From a virus, in IMG/VR virus record IMGVR_UViG_3300025887_000011, positions 27,808 to 91,807 of that record: 64,000 nt of DNA; one strand, given 5' to 3'. A program made the position numbers and the translations under genes. This document shows, piece after piece, positions 18,528 through 26,467 of this stretch. The notes under the pieces were generated by a model that was given only the letters and a program-made list of their open reading frames with translations, was not told where the DNA came from and ran no database searches. Each line of letters starts with the position of its first letter. The first letter of the stretch is position 1.

Positions 18528-19218
18528 TACATACTGGATCGCCCATTAAGAATTTGTTTTCAGAAAGTATAGATCTTAATAAATATTGAAGTATCCACAT
18601 GTCAGAATTAAAATCGGTGTTACCCATCTTTATTCTGGTTTCACAAAATTTTTGATAAAACAATAGCATATCTTCATATCGACCTCCTACAACGCCCATA
18701 TTTATAAGCTCCCAAGAATTATTATTAATAATGAATTTAACACTGTCATCCCAATTAAATTGATTGTGAACATTCAAGTATGGGAACTCTTGTAATTGGA
18801 TGCTGTCTTTACAAGCAAAATAAGAATAATCTGGGAAAGATTCAATAAGTCCAGAAGGATCTTTTACAACGACAACATCAGAAGCATCAGTATGAAATAC
18901 TGTGTCGAATTTATTTTCTTCAAGATAGTTTCTAAAACAAAAGAATCTATAGTCGTTATTTGAATATTCAAAGTCACCTACCTTCTTGAATTTTATTTTA
19001 TCTGTCTCGTATTTTGATACAAAATCATCAGATAATCCATCATAAAAAAGAACAGCATTTAGATTTTTATCTAAAATAGAATTATACCATTTTTCAATAT
19101 ATGGAAAATAATCCTTTTGTATATGGTTGTTTTCCATCCTGCCGACAACATGCTTGTCATCGACACTGTTTGGATGTATTTTTTTTGTGAAATATGAACT
19201 AAGTATTACACTCGACAT
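18472..19218 (-). CDS. Putative GT-A glycosyltransferase
   Basis: RF..F..YL, TDASDV, INMGVVGG, SDM..LQ, FIHK. Confidence 0.65.
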   Translation of the reverse strand: MSSVILSSYFTKKIHPNSVDDKHVVGRMENNHIQKDYFPYIEKWYNSILDKNLNAVLFYDGLSDDFVSKYETDKIKFKKVGDFEYSNNDYRFFCFRNYLEENKFDTVFHTDASDVVVVKDPSGLIESFPDYSYFACKDSIQLQEFPYLNVHNQFNWDDSVKFIINNNSWELINMGVVGGRYEDMLLFYQKFCETRIKMGNTDFNSDMWILQYLLRSILSENKFLMGDPVCSEFKKYQNNRKDVYFIHK

Positions 19219-19251
19219 GAGGTATTATACCTCAAATGCTTTCGTCTTCAA
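19218..19251 (-). promoter_or_regulatory. Sigma70-type promoter TTGAAG-N16-TATAAT with the -10 inside a 17-bp palindrome
   Basis: -35 at 19251-19246, -10 at 19229-19224; TGAGGTAT-T-ATACCTCA at 19218-19234. Confidence 0.6.
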
Positions 19252-20107
19252 CTATATAATCTACATATTTTAGATCTGAATTGATTTCAAGTATTTCGTC
19301 CATATTGACAACGGAAGACTCATCCCAACCCCACTGACTAAGTATTTCCTCATCATCCCATTCTACAGCCTCAGAAGATACCGATTTGTTTACTGGTTTT
19401 TTACTCCACATCTTACAAGACCAGTAACGGGGTGTCGTTTTATCCTTGGCTGTATCACACTTATGTCTAGCTCTAAAGCTACGACGGCGATCTGGATCAT
19501 CTCTTTTGATTTCCATATTTGGGTCACCAAACTTAACTACGATAACGTTGCCCGTTTTTGGGCTTTTTACGTAAACTCCAAATTTTTTGCTTTCACCTTT
19601 TAGCCGAAACGGCTTATTAAGTGTCTTTTTTTCAGCTTCTGAATAGAAGAGCTCTTCGCATTCAGCATCTTGATCCCATTTTTCCAAACCAGCCTTAACC
19701 AAATCTAGGTTTGCTAAGTTTAAATCTAAATCGGAGAAAGAAAAGAACGAGCAGATATTTTCTCCTTCTTCTCGGTAACGATTAGATATAATGTCTTTTT
19801 CAGATTCAATATATTGTTCGTCAACATTTTCTCCTCTGTTGCACTTTAAAAACATATTTACCCTGGCCATAGCCCATTGGCTTTTGGTTTTGCCAACCCT
19901 ATGAGTAGAATTATAAGAATGAGAACCTCTTAAATAAACTCTTTTTAACTGATCTTCAGATACTTTATTTTCATAACGGTCGTTATGTTTTTGAGTTTTT
20001 TCAGATATAACGGAAGAGATTATTTCAGAAACATCGAATGAACTAAGGTAATTAACCTTGTAATCTTTGTTTAATTCTTTTATTTGCTTAGAAAAATCGT
20101 ATTCCAT
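19232..20107 (-). CDS. Conserved viral hypothetical protein with two small basic domains, probably late
   Basis: VYLRG...HR....QWAMARVN.F and KFGDPNM.IKRDDP.RRRSFRARHKC...RYWSC motifs recalled from large dsDNA viruses; GTGTA motif upstream. Confidence 0.6.
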   Translation of the reverse strand: MEYDFSKQIKELNKDYKVNYLSSFDVSEIISSVISEKTQKHNDRYENKVSEDQLKRVYLRGSHSYNSTHRVGKTKSQWAMARVNMFLKCNRGENVDEQYIESEKDIISNRYREEGENICSFFSFSDLDLNLANLDLVKAGLEKWDQDAECEELFYSEAEKKTLNKPFRLKGESKKFGVYVKSPKTGNVIVVKFGDPNMEIKRDDPDRRRSFRARHKCDTAKDKTTPRYWSCKMWSKKPVNKSVSSEAVEWDDEEILSQWGWDESSVVNMDEILEINSDLKYVDYIVEDESI

Positions 20108-20116
20108 TGTGATAAA

Positions 20117-20127
20117 TTATTACACTA
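20117..20127 (-). promoter_or_regulatory. GTGTA late-promoter motif
   Basis: TAGTGTAATAA; GTGTA ends 13 nt before ATG 20107. Confidence 0.6.
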
Positions 20128-20148
20128 AAATTTTAAAATAATGAAACG

Positions 20149-21819
20149 TTAACCTTCGCAAGATGTACATTCCATGATAGATTGAGCTAAAGCTTGGCTT
20201 GGGTTTGTGCTCCTTTGGTAGTAGAAACCCTTAAGGCCCATTTCCCAACCCAAAATCATAAGATCACTGACTTCCTTTGGGGACGCTTTAGGGTGAACCA
20301 TTAGATTGAGAGATTGGCCTTGGTCTATATACTTTTGGCGTTGAGAAGCTTGTATTACAATTTCTTTCTGGGATACTTCTGAAAATGTTTTGAATACATC
20401 CTTTTCGTGTTCGTCCAGAAAGCTCAAGTGTTGCACTGATCCGTCCTTAACCAAAATTGATTTCCATACGGCTTCTGTGTTTTTACCTTTAGATTCAAGG
20501 AGTCTCTCTAGATGTGGGCTTCTAATTGTGAATTTTCCTTTTGCTGAATTCTTTGTATAGTAATTAACAGTAGGCTCAATTCCTTGAGATACCTGACCAA
20601 GAATAAGAGAACTCGTTGTAGTGGGAGCGACTGCCATTGTGGTAGTGTTTCTACGCCCATAACCTTTCAATACTTCTGGTTCTCCAAATACTTTAGCTAG
20701 TTCTTCAGTGGCTTTATCTGCTCTTTCTCTGATGGTTCTGAAGATTTCTGCATTTTTCATCTTAGCTTCCATGCTTTCAAAAGAAATCATGTTGTCTTGT
20801 AAATAAGAATGCCAGCCAAGAACACCCATCCCCAAAGCTCTGTGACGCTTTGCAAAGTCGTGATCAGGCTCCATATAAGGAATGTCCTCAGTCTTATTGA
20901 TGTATTCCTCCATTACGGAATCAAGAAAGTAAACCATTGTTTCAATAGCATCAGTCTCAACGATCTGGTCCCATCTTTCCAGATTAAGGGAAGATAAGCA
21001 ACAGACAAATGATTCTTCTGGTGATGATGGCAATGCAATCTCATTGCAGAGATTTGAAGCGTAAATCTTCATGTCTTTATCTTTATATACTTGAGGCGCG
21101 TTTTTATTCGCGGTATCTTGGAAAAACAAGTATGGATAACCCGATTCAAACTTTTTCTGCACAATCTTCGCCCAGATCTTTCGCTTATCAATATCTCCAC
21201 CTTTCATGCTCTCCATCCATTCGTCTGTAATAGTAACAGCAAATGATAGGTCTTGAATTGGATGACCGTCAGACCTGATGCGAAGAAACTCTACAATGTC
21301 TGGATGGTCAACTGGAAGATAGGCAGCAAAAGAACCTCTGCGAACACTGCTCTGAGACACTACAGAAGTAACCTTATCAAATAACTCCATGAAGTGAACA
21401 GATCCAGAAGAGCTTCCTCCTGTGCTAATGGATTTGCCCCTGCCTCTCAATTCACCGAAATAACCAGAAGTTCCAGCTCCATGCTTGGTTTGCATACCAA
21501 CCTCAGACTGTTTTGTTAGAATGCCCTCCATTGTATCTGGAACATAAACGCCATTACATGAAACTGGCAAACCTCTATCTCTTCCGTAGTTAGCCCAAAC
21601 AGGGCTAGATAAAGAAAAGAAGCCGAGAGACATATAATGCTCAAACTTCTCGCATAAGTTAGAAAAACTACCCTTATGTTCCGCAGGGGCGCGAGATACG
21701 AAATCTTTCTGAAAAGCCTCGCCTACACTTAATACTCTATCAATCAAACTTTCGCCATCAAGATATCCTCTGTTTAAGATTTGCTTCGAAGTTTCGTTGT
21801 TCCAATAATATTTTTTCAT
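20149..21819 (-). CDS. nrdA: Ribonucleotide reductase class I alpha subunit, short, no ATP cone
   Basis: SSP, PVSC, RRG, SNLCNEI, CCLSS, APT, QGQS, YY, C-terminal CTSCEG. Confidence 0.96.
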   Translation of the reverse strand: MKKYYWNNETSKQILNRGYLDGESLIDRVLSVGEAFQKDFVSRAPAEHKGSFSNLCEKFEHYMSLGFFSLSSPVWANYGRDRGLPVSCNGVYVPDTMEGILTKQSEVGMQTKHGAGTSGYFGELRGRGKSISTGGSSSGSVHFMELFDKVTSVVSQSSVRRGSFAAYLPVDHPDIVEFLRIRSDGHPIQDLSFAVTITDEWMESMKGGDIDKRKIWAKIVQKKFESGYPYLFFQDTANKNAPQVYKDKDMKIYASNLCNEIALPSSPEESFVCCLSSLNLERWDQIVETDAIETMVYFLDSVMEEYINKTEDIPYMEPDHDFAKRHRALGMGVLGWHSYLQDNMISFESMEAKMKNAEIFRTIRERADKATEELAKVFGEPEVLKGYGRRNTTTMAVAPTTTSSLILGQVSQGIEPTVNYYTKNSAKGKFTIRSPHLERLLESKGKNTEAVWKSILVKDGSVQHLSFLDEHEKDVFKTFSEVSQKEIVIQASQRQKYIDQGQSLNLMVHPKASPKEVSDLMILGWEMGLKGFYYQRSTNPSQALAQSIMECTSCEG

Positions 21820-22793
21820 GCAAATACGCTCTCTAGATCAAATGTTTGTGATTTTTTTGAATACTCCACGGGGCGGGAGTGAAAGAAGTCTGTGGAATTA
21901 TTCCCCATCAACTCCTCTTCGAACCACATTGTATCTTTTATCAAGGTATTGTCAACATCAAATGACTTTTTAAATGAAATTTGTTCAAGGGAGTCATTGA
22001 TTCTTTCTTTTATAAATTCTTTAAGTAGCGGAGCGCTAAGACCTTTTTCGTTTATACCATTCACCATCCAATCAATAATTTTAGCTTCTGCAATATAAGC
22101 CTGTTCAGCCTCTTGCCTGATACGCTCTTCAAGCTCCTCGTCGAAAAGCTCTGGATGCTCTTCTCTGATTGTATTTATAATTTTAATACCTACTTGAGCA
22201 TGTATGTTTTCTTCATTTCTTGTATACCTAACTTGCTGCTCTGTATCCTTAAGAACATTTTTATTTCTGGAGAACCAGTTAATAATGTAAAACTGACTCA
22301 TCAATGATACGTTCTCAACAAACAGAGTAAACAGAATCAATGAATATACATATTGCTTCTTAGAATCCTTGTAATACCTATGGTTATATTTACGCAAATA
22401 ATTAACCCTACCTTCAATAAAATCCAATTTCAGGTTTTCTTCGAAAACGTCCTCTAAACCAAGGACCTTAAGAAGCCTTTCGTATGCATTATTATGAACG
22501 ACTTCAACGTTTGCCATTACATAACCAAGGTCTGTTAACGAAGGGTGAGGTAGGTTATCTCCGAGTTTGGCCCAAAACTTTTTAACAGCCACCTCAATTT
22601 GTCCGATTGCAGATAAAGTTCTAATGATGATCTCTCTTTGTTGATCGTCCATTGTAATATTAAAATCTTGAATGTCAGAAGAAAAACTAAATTCCTTATC
22701 CGTCCAAAAGCCATTATGCATGACTTCAATGAATTCTTCTGCCCATGGATAATGATTAGGTTTTCTTGATATCTGCTCGTCGAATATACTCAT
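21816..22793 (-). CDS. nrdB: Ribonucleotide reductase beta subunit, class Id signature
   Basis: E67, K71, E97, H100, Y104, FVEN, EENIH, DFF..RP.EY. Confidence 0.95.
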   Translation of the reverse strand: MSIFDEQISRKPNHYPWAEEFIEVMHNGFWTDKEFSFSSDIQDFNITMDDQQREIIIRTLSAIGQIEVAVKKFWAKLGDNLPHPSLTDLGYVMANVEVVHNNAYERLLKVLGLEDVFEENLKLDFIEGRVNYLRKYNHRYYKDSKKQYVYSLILFTLFVENVSLMSQFYIINWFSRNKNVLKDTEQQVRYTRNEENIHAQVGIKIINTIREEHPELFDEELEERIRQEAEQAYIAEAKIIDWMVNGINEKGLSAPLLKEFIKERINDSLEQISFKKSFDVDNTLIKDTMWFEEELMGNNSTDFFHSRPVEYSKKSQTFDLESVFA

Positions 22794-22874
22794 TTTGTTG
22801 TTTTTTTTGGTTTGTTTTGGTTTCTATTGCTGGCGAGACTCGCTCAAAAGCTCCTAATGCCTCCCGCTGATTTA

Positions 22875-22908
22875 ATTTACACTGTAGTTATATTTTGGTC
22901 ACAGTCAA
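22875..22908 (-). promoter_or_regulatory. Overlapping sigma70-type (TTGACT-N16-TACAGT) and GTGTA promoters for nrdBA
   Basis: -35 at 22908-22903, -10 at 22886-22881, GTGTAAAT at 22882-22875. Confidence 0.55.
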
Positions 22909-23074
22909 CTATGAAATATAGTTAATTTTTTGACTTGAAAAAAAAGTTGAAAAAAGTTGTAGAAAAAATTGCTGACAAGTTTTATAATCAGTAGATATCG
23001 AACAGCGAAAAAGAAAGCGTCGAAGTCAACGATATAGATAACTTAATCACTGAACAACTCAATAAAGGTCTCGT

Positions 23075-23162
23075 TAAGCATATGCTTTACGTAATTTATT
23101 TAAAAACAAGTTTTAAATAAATAACAACAAAAAGGAGGAGTTTTAAAAAAAATACGTAATTT
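23075..23162. repeat. Palindrome/inverted-repeat cluster in divergent intergenic region
   Basis: AAGCATATGCTT (23075-23086), TTACGTAA (23087-23094), ATTTATTTAAAA-N5-TTTTAAATAAAT (23094-23122), direct repeat TACGTAATTT (23088, 23153). Confidence 0.7.
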
Positions 23163-23207
23163 TCTAATTTTAAAGAAAAAGAGCAAAAGAAACTTTATCT
23201 TTTTTTG

Positions 23208-23235
23208 TTGACAACTTTAATAAAAAGAATATAAT
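23208..23235 (+). promoter_or_regulatory. Consensus sigma70 promoter TTGACA-N16-TATAAT; probably leaderless
   Basis: -35 at 23208-23213, -10 at 23230-23235, ATG at 23243 after 7 nt. Confidence 0.85.
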
Positions 23236-23242
23236 AGCCTGC

Positions 23243-23842
23243 ATGAGTAAAAACTCTACAAATAGATTTAAACACAAAATCATAGGAATCTCTGGTAATG
23301 CTAGATCAGGTAAGGACACCTTGGGCCGAAACATGGTTTCTATTCTTTCGGATTCAGGTATAAAAGCAAAAACCTTTTCTTTTGCTCACGAACTTAAAAA
23401 GTCAGTTGATGGTTTTCTTATTGAACAGCTTGGCATATCAGCTTTCACCGAAGACTCTGATGAGAAAAAAATAATCAGACCTTTTCTTGTGAATTGGGGT
23501 ACAGAAATAATGAGAAAGAAAGACTCAGAACATTGGATAAAATCTATAGAGAAAAAACTATCTGAGGATTGTGTTAATATAATTACAGATGTAAGGTTTG
23601 AGAATGAACTAGACTGGGTAAAAGAAAAGGATGGTCTTTCTGTTTTCTTGAGTAGAGAAGGAATATCCCCAGCAAACTCCTACGAGGAAGAAAACAACAA
23701 ACTACTCTCTGAAAATGTTGATTTGAAGTTTTTCATTGGTAACTTTGAAGACGAAAAATTAATTATGTTGACATCTAACGAAATATTAGATAGACTAATA
23801 AATAACGATATATTTGAATTATGGAAAGCGACCTGTCACTAA
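23243..23842 (+). CDS. Deoxynucleoside monophosphate kinase
   Basis: GISGNARSGKDT, SFA..LK, RP.L..WGTE.MR, ITDVRFENE. Confidence 0.85.
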   Translation: MSKNSTNRFKHKIIGISGNARSGKDTLGRNMVSILSDSGIKAKTFSFAHELKKSVDGFLIEQLGISAFTEDSDEKKIIRPFLVNWGTEIMRKKDSEHWIKSIEKKLSEDCVNIITDVRFENELDWVKEKDGLSVFLSREGISPANSYEEENNKLLSENVDLKFFIGNFEDEKLIMLTSNEILDRLINNDIFELWKATCH

Positions 23843-24435
23843 TAGATAAAGTTAAGAAAAACAACGATAGTAAATGCTTGACAGAGCTTATAAATAGGCA
23901 TTCTGGGGTATACCAATATGTGATAGATAAGTTTGCTAAATCTCCAAGTAGTGTTTTGGATAAGAGTTTGTTTATAGACGACAAGAACTATGTCATTTAT
24001 GAATCTGTTTTAGAATACGACCCCAACAGGAACAGTAAGTTTTCGACTTTTTTAGCAAACAAAGCTAAATGGAAATGTTTGACTGCCTTAAATAAACACA
24101 AAAAGTTCAAATCTGTTTCTATTGATAATCCAGAATCATCATACAAAAACAGCAAAGAGTTAAATGAAAGCAAAAAATTGCTTAACAATTCGGGATCTCC
24201 ATTAGAGTTTATATCTAATATGGAAATTTTTGACTTCTTTTATGACATGCTTAATAAAGAAGACGATAAAAGACTTGAGAAAATTATTGACATAAGATAC
24301 AATACGTATACTAATAAGCTAGCGCCTTGGAGAGAGTCGGCAGAAAAGCTTGATTTAAGCATCCAATGGGTGATAGTCATACACAACAGATTTATTAAAA
24401 AAGTAAAACAACAATTAGAAAAAGATTATGTATAA
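23821..24435 (+). CDS. Phage RNA polymerase sigma factor (regions 2 and 4)
   Basis: Region 2.3-like YDPNRNSKFSTFL; C-terminal HTH IIDIRY...WRESAEKLDLSIQWV. Confidence 0.8.
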   Translation: MESDLSLIDKVKKNNDSKCLTELINRHSGVYQYVIDKFAKSPSSVLDKSLFIDDKNYVIYESVLEYDPNRNSKFSTFLANKAKWKCLTALNKHKKFKSVSIDNPESSYKNSKELNESKKLLNNSGSPLEFISNMEIFDFFYDMLNKEDDKRLEKIIDIRYNTYTNKLAPWRESAEKLDLSIQWVIVIHNRFIKKVKQQLEKDYV

Positions 24436-24808
24436 TACAATAACAGCAGCAGGGTATTTGGTTTCTGATCCAGAAATTAGATCTTTTGGAGACAACCAAG
24501 TTTGTCATATTCGCATGTGCGCATCATCAGATAGAGCAAAAGAAAAATGCTTTATTGATGTTGAGCTTTGGGGAAAACAAGCAGATATTGCAAAGCAGTA
24601 TCTTAGTAAAGGCAGGAGTATCCTTCTTACTGGAGAACTAAAGTTTTCTAGTTGGGAGCATGACGGAAAGAAATATTCTAAGAACTTCATTAGAGGCAAC
24701 GAGTTCACCTTCCTTCCGACTGGAGGGAAAAAAGAAGATTCAGAAAATTCTAACCAAGAAAACTCCCAAAGTAAGAGTAATTCTTCAAGCGAAGAAATTC
24801 CTTTTTAA
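24428..24808 (+). CDS. ssb: Single-stranded DNA-binding protein
   Basis: G.L..DPE.R, FIDVELWGKQA, YLSKG, W; acidic tail EEIPF. Confidence 0.95.
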   Translation: MYNTITAAGYLVSDPEIRSFGDNQVCHIRMCASSDRAKEKCFIDVELWGKQADIAKQYLSKGRSILLTGELKFSSWEHDGKKYSKNFIRGNEFTFLPTGGKKEDSENSNQENSQSKSNSSSEEIPF

Positions 24809-24811
24809 TTT

Positions 24812-25870
24812 ATGAAAATTCTATTGGAGGCTCCATTAAACAGCTTAAGCTTTGGAAATGTAACACTTAACTTTATTAAAGAGTTACACAAAAAGGGTCA
24901 TGATTTTGGTATCTGGCCAGTCAATAACGATATTGATTTGTCAGCTTATGATATAACACCCGATCTAAAATTAAGAATCGAAGAAGCTATAAATGAGCGT
25001 TACAGCTTTTTATCTTCTGATGTTCCATCTTTAAAGATTTGGCATATTAATGGAGCCGAAAATAGAAAAAATGAAAAGCAATACCTTTATACTTTTTATG
25101 AATGTAGTGAACCTACAGAAGAAGAAAAGGTTACTGTAGAAGCCCAAACACAAACTATTTTTAGTTCTTCTTATTCAGCTAATCAATTTAACAAGCCATT
25201 TGTACCACTTGGTTTTGATTCTGATTTTAACGTAACTAATAAGAATTATCTTAATAACGTTACTCATTTTGGTTTAATGGGTAAGCTAGAAAAAAGAAAA
25301 CATACAGTTAAAATAATCAACACTTGGGCAAAAAAATACGGAAACAACCCCAAATACCAATTGTCTTGCTTGATCAATAATGCTTTCTTGGAAAAAGAAG
25401 AAATGTTAAATACTATTAATTTAGCATTAGAAGGAGAAAGATATAACAATATAAACTTTATACCTTTTCTTAAAACCAATAAAGAGGTTAACGAGTTTTT
25501 AAATGCTATAGACATCGATTTGACTGGACTTTCTGGAGGAGAAGGTTGGAATCTACCAGCTTTTAATTCAACATGTTTAGGCAAGTGGAGCATTGTCCTT
25601 AACTCAACATCTCATAAAGATTGGGCTAATTCACAAAATTCAATCCTTGTAGAACCTGAAGGTAGGTTTGATTGTTATGATAATAAATTTTTCCAAAAAG
25701 GCTCAAAATTTAATCAGGGACAATTCTTTGACTTTAATGTAGAAGAAGTTATTTCAGCTATGGAATTAGCAGAAAGCAAAGTAGGAAATATTAATACAGA
25801 AGGTTTAAAATTAGCTGAGAAATTCACATACTCTAAGACGGTTGATAGTATTTTGTCACATATTTCTTAG
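24812..25870 (+). CDS. GT-B (GT4-like) glycosyltransferase
   Basis: SFG, FYE, VPLGFD, GKLEKRK, GEGWNLP. Confidence 0.8.
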   Translation: MKILLEAPLNSLSFGNVTLNFIKELHKKGHDFGIWPVNNDIDLSAYDITPDLKLRIEEAINERYSFLSSDVPSLKIWHINGAENRKNEKQYLYTFYECSEPTEEEKVTVEAQTQTIFSSSYSANQFNKPFVPLGFDSDFNVTNKNYLNNVTHFGLMGKLEKRKHTVKIINTWAKKYGNNPKYQLSCLINNAFLEKEEMLNTINLALEGERYNNINFIPFLKTNKEVNEFLNAIDIDLTGLSGGEGWNLPAFNSTCLGKWSIVLNSTSHKDWANSQNSILVEPEGRFDCYDNKFFQKGSKFNQGQFFDFNVEEVISAMELAESKVGNINTEGLKLAEKFTYSKTVDSILSHIS

Positions 25871-25882
25871 CTTTATATATTC

Positions 25883-25892
25883 TGTGTAATAA
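25883..25892 (+). promoter_or_regulatory. GTGTA late-promoter motif
   Basis: TGTGTAATAA; GTGTA-N9-ATG. Confidence 0.65.
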
Positions 25893-25897
25893 ATATT

Positions 25898-26290
25898 ATG
25901 CCAATCTACATTTACAAGCATCCAGCCAAAGAAGAATACACGGAAGTATTGCAGACAATGAGCGAGGATCACATATACTTTGATCCTGATGGGCTTGAAT
26001 GGAAAAGAGTGTTCACTGTCCCACATGCATCAATAGACTCTCAAATAGATCCAAGCAATAAGAGGCAGTTCTTAGACGTTACAGAATCAAAAAAAGGTTC
26101 CGTAGGAGATATGATGGATTTTAGTAGGGAATTAAGTGAAAGAAGGACAGATTCAAACGGAGGCATAGACCCTATAAAAGAAAAATATTTCTCCGATTAC
26201 TCAAAGAAAAGAAATGGAGCTAAACATTTTGACCAAATAAGGCAAAAGGGACATGATGGAAAACATGTCAAAATGGATTTTAGTGAGTAG
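25898..26290 (+). CDS. FmdB-like small protein lacking the Zn cysteines
   Basis: MPIYIYK....E..Q.MS.....W.RV pattern of FmdB zinc-ribbon proteins, no CxxC. Confidence 0.6.
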   Translation: MPIYIYKHPAKEEYTEVLQTMSEDHIYFDPDGLEWKRVFTVPHASIDSQIDPSNKRQFLDVTESKKGSVGDMMDFSRELSERRTDSNGGIDPIKEKYFSDYSKKRNGAKHFDQIRQKGHDGKHVKMDFSE

Positions 26291-26316
26291 ATCAACTGAT
26301 CTTTAAATTACTTACA

Positions 26317-26466
26317 TCACCCTCCTCCTGATGCATACTTTAAAAACCATTCTTTAAGAGCTTCAGACATAGTTGTAGCAAAAACAACTTTGTTTTCTTC
26401 TTTTGTTATTAAATAAGCTACGCAAAGACCATCGTCTATTTTTTTTACGTTAGGTTTATTGTTCAT
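26317..26466 (-). CDS. 49-aa hypothetical protein missed by the ORF track
   Basis: ATG 1 nt after the LRR gene stop; MNNKPNVKKIDDGLCVAYLITKEENKVVFATTMSEALKEWFLKYASGGG*; fills the gap. Confidence 0.65.
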   Translation of the reverse strand: MNNKPNVKKIDDGLCVAYLITKEENKVVFATTMSEALKEWFLKYASGGG

Positions 26467-26467
26467 T

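Noticed and set aside
2673-19213. GTGTA at the starts of clpC and the 18472-19218 gene
   Set aside because: Inside coding sequence (Ser-Val codons) downstream of the ATG; not counted as promoters
22794-23242. tRNA or known riboswitch in the intergenic gaps
   Set aside because: No cloverleaf, T-loop (GTTCRA) arm or recognisable aptamer consensus found by eye
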